This document shows, in pieces, positions 57,629 to 64,000 of a DNA stretch of 64,000 nt. Numbering within the stretch: the stretch's first letter is position 1; every line of letters begins with the position of its first letter. This stretch comes from an uncultured Gemmatimonadales bacterium (GTDB lineage: Bacteria; Gemmatimonadota; Gemmatimonadetes; Gemmatimonadales; GWC2-71-9), in contig CAVVKJ010000006.1 of NCBI GenBank assembly GCA_963748815.1, positions 1 to 64,000 of the forward strand, read 5' to 3'. The notes beneath the pieces are model-generated. The model saw nothing but the letters and a program-made list of their open reading frames with translations. It was not told the DNA's origin and made no database searches. The position numbers and the translations under genes are program-made.

Positions 57629-58551
57629 TGCGCATCATCTTCTTCGGGACCCCGGAGTTTGCGGTCCCTTCGCTCGACGCCCTCCGCCGCGGCGGGCACG
57701 ACATCGTCGCCGTCGTCACCCAGCCCGACCGGCCCCACGGCCGCTCCCGCTCGAAGCTCGTTCCACCACCGGTCAAGGTCGCGGCGCTCGCCGCCGGCCT
57801 CGAGGTGCTGCAGCCCGATCGACCGGTGGGCGACCTCTTCGCGGCAACGCTGCGGCATCACCGCGCCGAGCTCGGGGTCGTCGCCGCCTACGGGCACATC
57901 CTGAAGCCCGACATCCTGGCCATCCCGACCCGCGGCATGATCAACGTCCACGCCTCGCTCCTTCCGCGGTGGCGAGGGGCGGCGCCGATCCAGGCCGCCA
58001 TCCTCCACGGCGATCGCGTCACCGGGGTGAGCATCATGCAGATGGAGGCGGGGCTCGACAGCGGTCCGGTCTACTTCCGGAGTACCCTGCCTATCGGGCC
58101 GGAAGACACCGCGGACCTGCTGACGTCCCGGCTGGCGGAGCTGGGTGCCGAGGCGCTGCTCGAGGTGGTGGACGGATTGGAGGCGGGCGCGCTCAAGCCC
58201 GAGCCCCAGGTCGAGGCCGACTCCACATTTGCCCCGAAGGTTTCCAGGCAGGCGGCACGGGTTCCGTGGGACAGGAGCGCGGTGGAAGTCGCGCTGCACA
58301 TCCGTGCGTTCGACCCGTGGCCCGGGGCGTGGACGGAGGGGCCGGCAGGCGAGGTGAAGCTCTTCACGCCGAGGCTCGCCGACGGGGGCGGCACGCCGGG
58401 GCTGGTCCTCGAGGCGGCGGGGGCGCTGATCGTGGCCTGCGGCGACGGAGCGGTCCAGGTCGCCGAGGTGAAGGCGTCGGGAGGCAAACGGATGGCGGCG
58501 GCGGAATGGCTCCGGGGACGCCCCCTGTCGGTCGGGGCTCGGCTGGGGTGA
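57628..58551 (+). CDS. fmt: Methionyl-tRNA formyltransferase
   Basis: MRIIFFGTPEFA, VTQPDRP, NVHASLLPRWRGAAPI, GLDSG. Confidence 0.96.
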   Translation: MRIIFFGTPEFAVPSLDALRRGGHDIVAVVTQPDRPHGRSRSKLVPPPVKVAALAAGLEVLQPDRPVGDLFAATLRHHRAELGVVAAYGHILKPDILAIPTRGMINVHASLLPRWRGAAPIQAAILHGDRVTGVSIMQMEAGLDSGPVYFRSTLPIGPEDTADLLTSRLAELGAEALLEVVDGLEAGALKPEPQVEADSTFAPKVSRQAARVPWDRSAVEVALHIRAFDPWPGAWTEGPAGEVKLFTPRLADGGGTPGLVLEAAGALIVACGDGAVQVAEVKASGGKRMAAAEWLRGRPLSVGARLG

Positions 58552-59171
58552 GGCCACTGCCCCGACTGCACGCGATTACCGACGATGCGATCCTGGCGGA
58601 CGCCGATGTCGGCATCCGCGCCGCGGCGATTGCGGCGGCTGGTCCGGCCGCTGCGCTTCACGTGCGGGGGCGGAACAGCACCGCCGCCTTCCTCACCAAG
58701 TGCGCCGTGCGGTTCGTGTCGCTCGCGTCGCCGGCGGAGGCGGCGGTGATCGTCAACGGGCGACCCGACCTGGCACGCGCGGTCGGCGCCCAGGGGGTGC
58801 AACTCGGCAGCCGGGACCTGACCGTGGCGGACGCCCGCCGCGTTTTTGACACGGGGTGGATCGGTCGCTCGGTGCACAGCGTGGCGGAAGCGGAAGAGGC
58901 CATTGCCGAGGGGGCCGACTACCTGCTCCTCGGCTCGATCTTCGAGACGCCGACGCATCCCGGGCAACCGGGACTCGGACTCGACGCGGTCGGCGCCGTG
59001 GCGGCGCTCGGCACGCCGGTGATCGCCATCGGCGGCATCACCCCGGACCGCGCGGCGGCGGTGAAGGAGGCGGGGGCGTGGGGCGTCGCGGCGATGCGTG
59101 CGCTCTGGCAGGCGCCCGATTCGCATGCGGCGGCCATGAGCATGCTCAATCCCTGGGGCGGCACGCCATGA
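58548..59171 (+). CDS. thiE: Thiamine phosphate synthase / TenI-like protein
   Basis: LHAITD, VNGRPD, GRSVHS, GADYLLLGSIFETPTHP, AIGGIT. Confidence 0.75.
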   Translation: MRPLPRLHAITDDAILADADVGIRAAAIAAAGPAAALHVRGRNSTAAFLTKCAVRFVSLASPAEAAVIVNGRPDLARAVGAQGVQLGSRDLTVADARRVFDTGWIGRSVHSVAEAEEAIAEGADYLLLGSIFETPTHPGQPGLGLDAVGAVAALGTPVIAIGGITPDRAAAVKEAGAWGVAAMRALWQAPDSHAAAMSMLNPWGGTP

Positions 59172-59377
59172 CCAACTTGTCCATCACCCTGAACGGCGAC
59201 CAGCGAACCGTGCCTTCGCCGCTGACCCTCGCCGGACTCCTCGAGCACCTCGGATTGGACCCCCGCGCCGTGGTGGTCGAGCAGAACCGCGCCATCGTCC
59301 GCCGACCCGACCTCCCGGCCACCTCCGTGGCCGATGGCGACGTGATCGAGCTCGTGCATTTCGTAGGAGGCGGGTAA
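59168..59377 (+). CDS. thiS: Sulfur carrier ThiS
   Basis: ITLNG...VVEQN..IV...DGDVIELVHFVGGG. Confidence 0.93.
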   Translation: MTNLSITLNGDQRTVPSPLTLAGLLEHLGLDPRAVVVEQNRAIVRRPDLPATSVADGDVIELVHFVGGG

Positions 59378-59401
59378 CCGCCACGCCGTTATCTTTCCCG
59401 C

Positions 59402-60211
59402 ATGACCGACGCATCCCGTACCCCGCCCAGCGACACCCCCGACGCGCCCCTCGAGATCGGCGGCCAGCGCTTCCGCTCCCGCCTCCTCGTCGGCACCGGC
59501 AAGTACCGCGACAACGAGCAGATGGCCCGCGCCATCGAGGCCTCCGGCGCCGACGTCGTGACCGTCGCGGTGCGCCGCGTGGACCTCGACCGCACCAAGG
59601 AGGAGGGGGTGCTGTACCACCTCCCCGCCAACCGGTACTTCCTCCTGGCCAACACCGCCGGCTGCTACACCGCCGATGAGGCCGTCCGCTACGCCCGGCT
59701 CGCGCGCGAGGCCGGCTTCAACGAGTTCATCAAGCTCGAAGTGATCGGCGACAAGGAAACGCTCCTGCCCGACACCGACGGGCTCCTCGTTGCCACACGG
59801 ACCCTCGTCAAGGAAGGATTCAAGGTTCTCGCCTACACCAACGACGACCTGATCACCGCGCTCCGCCTCGAGGAGGCGGGCTGTGCCGCCGTGATGCCCC
59901 TCGCCTCGCCGATCGGTAGCGGACTCGGATTGCTGAACCCCTACTCGATTCGCACCATCAAGAGCCGCCTCTCCGTTCCCGTCATCGTCGATGCCGGCGT
60001 CGGCACCGCCAGCGACGCCTGCCTGACCATGGAGCAGGGAGTGGACGGCATCCTGATGAACACCGCGCTCGCCGAGGCGGCCGATCCGGTGCTGATGGCG
60101 TGGGCCATGCGGAACGCCGTCGAAGCGGGGCGGGCGGCGTGGCGGGCGGGGCGGATGCCCCGTCGCGAAACCGCCGTCCCCTCCAGCCCCACCGCGGGGA
60201 TGCTGCGCTGA
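59402..60211 (+). CDS. thiG: Thiazole synthase
   Basis: SRLLVGTGKY, NTAGC, IKLEVIGD, VMPLASPIGSGLG, VDAGVG. Confidence 0.96.
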   Translation: MTDASRTPPSDTPDAPLEIGGQRFRSRLLVGTGKYRDNEQMARAIEASGADVVTVAVRRVDLDRTKEEGVLYHLPANRYFLLANTAGCYTADEAVRYARLAREAGFNEFIKLEVIGDKETLLPDTDGLLVATRTLVKEGFKVLAYTNDDLITALRLEEAGCAAVMPLASPIGSGLGLLNPYSIRTIKSRLSVPVIVDAGVGTASDACLTMEQGVDGILMNTALAEAADPVLMAWAMRNAVEAGRAAWRAGRMPRRETAVPSSPTAGMLR

Positions 60212-61515
60212 ACCAGCCCGTCGGCATCGACGCGCGGCGCGCCGCGCTCACCATCCTCCGCGACGTGCGCGACGGCCGTCCCTTCGACGCCGCCCTCGGC
60301 GGAGCCATCGAAGGGCTGACCGATGCCGATCGGCGTCTGGCGCACGAACTGGCCGGCGGCGTGCTGCGCACCCAGGACGCCCTCGACGACCGGCTCGCCC
60401 GGCTGATCCGGCTCGGCTGGGATTCGGTCTCCCCGCCTCTGCGCGACCTCCTCCGCATCGGCGCGTATCAATTGCTCTATCTCGACCGGGTGCCGCCGCA
60501 CGCCGCGGTAAGCACTTCCGTCGACCTGGCCCGCGAGATTGCCGGCAAGGCGCCGGCAGGGTTCGCCAACGCCGTCCTCCGGCGTCTCGGCCGCGAGGCG
60601 ACCCCCGCCCCGACCGTGGAGTCCGCCGATCCCGTGGCACGCCTCGCCCGGGCCCACAGCCATCCGGAATGGCTCGTCGCCGGCTGGGTGGCGCGCTTCG
60701 GTGCCGATGGCACCGACGCCCTGCTCCGCTGGAACAACGGGCGGCCACCACTGGTCCTGCAGGCGGCGCGCGAGGATCTCACCGCGCTGCGCGAGCGACT
60801 GGAGGACGCCGGGGTCACCACCGAGGCCGCCCCTTTCGGCGCCGGACTGGTGGTGGACACGACCCGCCCCGGCGAACTCCCCGGTTACGACGAGGGTGCC
60901 TTCTTCGTGCAGGACGCCGCGCAGGCGCTGGTCGCGCGATATGCCGACTTCCCGCGAGGCGCCACCGTGCTCGACGCCTGCGCGGCCCCAGGTGGGAAGG
61001 CGATTGCGCTCGGCCGCTCCGCCCGGACACTGGTCGCGGCGGAGCGCAATCGGCGCCGCACCCTTCGGTTGGGAGAGAACCTGCGCCGCGCCGGGTCAGG
61101 ACGGGAACTCCTGGTCATCGCCGACGCGGCGGCCCCGCCCACCCGCCCGCTCGATGGCGTCCTGCTCGATGCCCCCTGCCTCGGCACCGGCACCTTTGCA
61201 CGGCACCCCGACGCGCGGCTCCGGGTCACCCCGGAAGCGCTTCGCGAACTGGCCCGGACCCAGGCCACGCTCCTCGAGGGGGCCGCCGCCGCGGTGCGGC
61301 CGGGCGGCCTGTTAGTTTACGCCACGTGTTCGCTCGAACCCGAAGAGAATGAGGAGCAGGTGGCGCGTTTCCTGGAGGCACACCCCGAGTTCCGCCGTGA
61401 ACCCTCGCGCACCGTCCCCGAGGAATGTCTCTCGGAGCTGGGTGACCTGACGCTCGTCCCCCACCGGCACGGCACCGACGGCGCGTTCGCCGCCCGACTG
61501 CGGCGGGCCCCGTGA
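60208..61515 (+). CDS. rsmB: 16S rRNA m5C967 methyltransferase (NusB-like plus MTase); start uncertain
   Basis: LRIGAYQL, FANAVLR, SHPEW, VQD, LDACAAPGGK, LDAPCLGTG, YATCSL...ENE. Confidence 0.92.
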   Translation: MNQPVGIDARRAALTILRDVRDGRPFDAALGGAIEGLTDADRRLAHELAGGVLRTQDALDDRLARLIRLGWDSVSPPLRDLLRIGAYQLLYLDRVPPHAAVSTSVDLAREIAGKAPAGFANAVLRRLGREATPAPTVESADPVARLARAHSHPEWLVAGWVARFGADGTDALLRWNNGRPPLVLQAAREDLTALRERLEDAGVTTEAAPFGAGLVVDTTRPGELPGYDEGAFFVQDAAQALVARYADFPRGATVLDACAAPGGKAIALGRSARTLVAAERNRRRTLRLGENLRRAGSGRELLVIADAAAPPTRPLDGVLLDAPCLGTGTFARHPDARLRVTPEALRELARTQATLLEGAAAAVRPGGLLVYATCSLEPEENEEQVARFLEAHPEFRREPSRTVPEECLSELGDLTLVPHRHGTDGAFAARLRRAP

Positions 61516-62264
61516 GGTTCCGCCGACACACGCCGGAATCGTCCCCCGTGGTGAGCCGGCGGTTCCTTGTCGGCCTGGCCGTCATCGGCGGAGCCTCCCT
61601 CCTCGGCTACCTGATCGCCGCCGTGGTGCTCTTCCCCGCCCCGAGCTCCGATGGCGGCGGGATGGTGCCCAGCGTGATCGGGCAGCCCTTCAGCTCCGCG
61701 GAAGCGACGCTCCAGGCGGCGGGGTTCCGGGTGCGCCGGGAGGCGGAGGTTCCCCATCCCACCGCGCTCGGGGGTATCGTCGTCTGGCAGGACCCGCCGC
61801 CGGAAATGCGGCTGCCCGCTTCCGCGGTGGTCCGCCTCACGATCAGCACCGGGCAGGAAGCGTCCGTGGTCCCGGACGTGGTGAACCTCGACCTGGAACT
61901 CGCGAAGTCCGTGCTGCGCGAGGCCGGCTTCCGCCTGGGCCCCATCGATTCGGTGGCCTCCCTGACCGTCCCCGGGACGGTCCTCGCCACCCGACCGGGA
62001 CTCGGCGTGGTCCGGCGGCCGGGCGAAGAGGTGACGCTGGTCGTGAGCCGTGGGCCCGCCGATATTCAGGTGCCAGCGCTCCGCGGGCTGACCCGCGACC
62101 AGGCGGCGGACCGCCTGGAGGCGCTCGGGCTGTTGGTAGGTTATGTCCGGCAGGAAGACCGCCCCGGCGCGCGAGCGGGAGTGGTGCTGGAACAGCGACC
62201 CTCCCCCGGTGTGCGTCTCCCCCGGCGGAGCCGAGTGGACCTGACCCTGGCGAGGACCCCGTGA
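61512..62264 (+). CDS. Membrane-anchored PASTA-domain protein (3 PASTA repeats, no kinase)
   Basis: TM helix then VPSVIG, VPDVVN and VPALRG repeats, with QDPPP/TRPG/QRPSP and xLxxS motifs. Confidence 0.85.
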   Translation: MRFRRHTPESSPVVSRRFLVGLAVIGGASLLGYLIAAVVLFPAPSSDGGGMVPSVIGQPFSSAEATLQAAGFRVRREAEVPHPTALGGIVVWQDPPPEMRLPASAVVRLTISTGQEASVVPDVVNLDLELAKSVLREAGFRLGPIDSVASLTVPGTVLATRPGLGVVRRPGEEVTLVVSRGPADIQVPALRGLTRDQAADRLEALGLLVGYVRQEDRPGARAGVVLEQRPSPGVRLPRRSRVDLTLARTP

Positions 62265-62926
62265 ACCCGATCATCGCACCGAGCGTCCTGAGCGCCGACC
62301 TCTCCCGCCTCCGCGAGCAGGTGGAGGCCGCATTGGCAGGCGGCGCCGAGTGGATGCACGTGGACGTGATGGACGGACACTTCGTTCCGAATCTCACCTT
62401 TGGCGCCCCAATGATCCGGGCCATCCGACGGATCACCGATTGCCCGATCGATGTGCACCTCATGGTGGAGCGACCGGAGCAGTACATCGACGAGTACGCC
62501 GCCGCAGGCGCGAATGTCTTCACCTTTCACCCCGAGGCGACGGTGCACGTGCAACGCCACCTGGCAGCCGTGCGCGAGCGCGGGATGCTGGCGGGGCTCA
62601 CGCTCAACCCCTCGACTCCGCTCGCCCTGCTCGAGGAGGTCGTGCCCGACCTCGACCTCGTCCTGGTGATGTCCGTCAATCCCGGCTTCGGCGGCCAGTC
62701 GTACCTCCCGGGCGCCAGCGACAAGATTCGCCGGGTGCGCGCCTTGCTCGACGCCCGGAAGTCGGGTGCGCGGCTGGAGGTGGACGGAGGCGTCACCGCC
62801 GCCAACATCGCCCAGGTGCGCGCCAGCGGAGCCGATACCTTCGTGGCGGGCACGGCGGTCTTCGGCGCCGCCGACGTCCGCGCCGCCGTCAGTGAACTCC
62901 ATCGCCTGTGCCAGGCACGGGCCTGA
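62261..62926 (+). CDS. rpe: Ribulose-phosphate 3-epimerase
   Basis: IAPSVLSAD, HVDVMDGHFVPNLTFG, MSVNPGFGGQ, EVDGG. Confidence 0.97.
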   Translation: MNPIIAPSVLSADLSRLREQVEAALAGGAEWMHVDVMDGHFVPNLTFGAPMIRAIRRITDCPIDVHLMVERPEQYIDEYAAAGANVFTFHPEATVHVQRHLAAVRERGMLAGLTLNPSTPLALLEEVVPDLDLVLVMSVNPGFGGQSYLPGASDKIRRVRALLDARKSGARLEVDGGVTAANIAQVRASGADTFVAGTAVFGAADVRAAVSELHRLCQARA

Positions 62927-62940
62927 AGGAAGCAGCGACC

Positions 62941-63477
62941 ATGTCCAAGCAGTGGTGGATCGTCGGTACCGTCGTCGCCGCGATGATTCTCGGCGCCGTG
63001 GCGCTCGTGAAGAACAGCCCCGACTCCTACGGCGTCGCCGTCGGGAAGAAGGCGCCCGACTTTCGCGTCGTGGACCTCGCGACCGGCGACACCGTGTCGC
63101 TCCGCGGGCAGTACGCCGGCCAGGTGACGCTGGTGAACATCTGGGCGACCTGGTGCGGGCCGTGCCGGGAGGAAATGCCCTCGATGGAGGCCGCCTACAA
63201 GGAGCTCGCGCCCCGCGGATTCAAGGTCGCGGCCGTCAGCATCGACGAGTCCGACTCGGAGGGCGTCCTCGCCTTTGGCGCCGAGATGGGCGTCACCTTC
63301 GACCTGCTGCAGGACCGGAGCGGGGAGATCCAGCGCGTCTACCAGACGACGGGCGTGCCGGAGAGCTTCCTCCTCGACCGCGACGGCGTCATCGTGAAGC
63401 GGATCATCGGGGCGCACGACTGGAGCTCGAAGGTCAACCGGGAACTGATCGAGCGCCTGCTCGACCAGTCGAGCTGA
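62941..63477 (+). CDS. TlpA/ResA family thiol-disulfide oxidoreductase
   Basis: N-terminal [33 protein letters not shown]. Confidence 0.93.
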   Translation: MSKQWWIVGTVVAAMILGAVALVKNSPDSYGVAVGKKAPDFRVVDLATGDTVSLRGQYAGQVTLVNIWATWCGPCREEMPSMEAAYKELAPRGFKVAAVSIDESDSEGVLAFGAEMGVTFDLLQDRSGEIQRVYQTTGVPESFLLDRDGVIVKRIIGAHDWSSKVNRELIERLLDQSS

Positions 63478-63484
63478 ACGGATC

Positions 63485-64000
63485 GTGCGGGTCCTCGGGA
63501 TCGAGTCCTCCTGCGACGAGACCTCCGCGGCGGTGGTCCGTCTCGACGCCGGACGCCCGCACCTCGAAAGCGTCGTCATTCTGTCGCAGGACGTGCACAA
63601 GGTGTTCGGGGGCGTGGTGCCCGAACTCGCGAGCCGCGCCCACCTGACCGCGGTGGGTCCCGTGGTGGATCGCGCGCTCGACGAGGCCGGCGTAGCGCTC
63701 GACGGAATCGACGCGATCGCCGTGACCGCCGGCCCGGGGCTGGTCGGCGCGCTGCTGGTGGGGCTGATGTACGGGAAGACGCTGGCGTGGGCCACCGGGA
63801 AACCGCTGATCGGCGTCCACCACATGGAAGGCCATCTCTTCGCGCCGGCGCTCGAGGACCATGAGTTTGCCCCGCCCTTCGTGGCCCTCCTCGTCAGCGG
63901 CGGGCACACACTCCTCCTCGACGTGCCGGCGTGGGGCGCGTATCGCCTGCTCGGGCAGACGCTGGACGACGCCGCCGGCGAGGCGTTCGACAAGGTGGCC
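63485..64000 (+). CDS. tsaD: tRNA N6-adenosine threonylcarbamoyltransferase TsaD (3' partial)
   Basis: [59 protein letters not shown]; runs off the window. Confidence 0.95.
   Translation, partial: MRVLGIESSCDETSAAVVRLDAGRPHLESVVILSQDVHKVFGGVVPELASRAHLTAVGPVVDRALDEAGVALDGIDAIAVTAGPGLVGALLVGLMYGKTLAWATGKPLIGVHHMEGHLFAPALEDHEFAPPFVALLVSGGHTLLLDVPAWGAYRLLGQTLDDAAGEAFDKVA

Overview
High-GC bacterial DNA. Gene content and order (yebC-ruvCAB-queA-tgt-yajC-def-fmt-thiESG-rsmB-PASTA-rpe-tlpA-tsaD, a PorX-like regulator, MsbA/LPS genes) suggest a Gemmatimonadota-like diderm; this is inference and no search was run. Many genes in the first ~38 kb are split by single-base indels, most likely long-read consensus errors, so their boundaries are reconstructed and approximate. 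The first 25 kb is a surface-polysaccharide locus: GT2, GT4, a methyltransferase, XrtA-type deacetylase/FemAB/DegT genes, a C-methyltransferase/LhgO/epimerase/RfbF/PIG-L sugar module, VanZ and a PQQ-type sugar dehydrogenase lipoprotein. Inside it sit three paralogous lipoprotein genes. They share an ~86-aa Ig-like stalk repeat (9, 1 and 4 near-identical copies) capped by jelly-roll-like tip domains. Two tips are nearly identical except for a 121-bp divergent patch, and the two transcription units share a sigma54-type promoter and a G-rich hairpin leader. The middle (25-51 kb) holds a kinase/sigma54-regulator pair, an outer-membrane barrel protein, HNH, PBP1A, tyrS, a HerA-like ATPase, a patatin-ferredoxin fusion, and an LPS cluster with a PorX-like REC-PglZ protein and a LicC-like/TagF-like pair. 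The right end (51-64 kb) is a core housekeeping superoperon with a 57-aa zinc-ribbon gene between ruvA and ruvB that the ORF track missed. Window-wide patterns are probable leaderless genes (TAnnnT 5-8 nt before the start) and several short repeat families, some inserted in-frame in genes.
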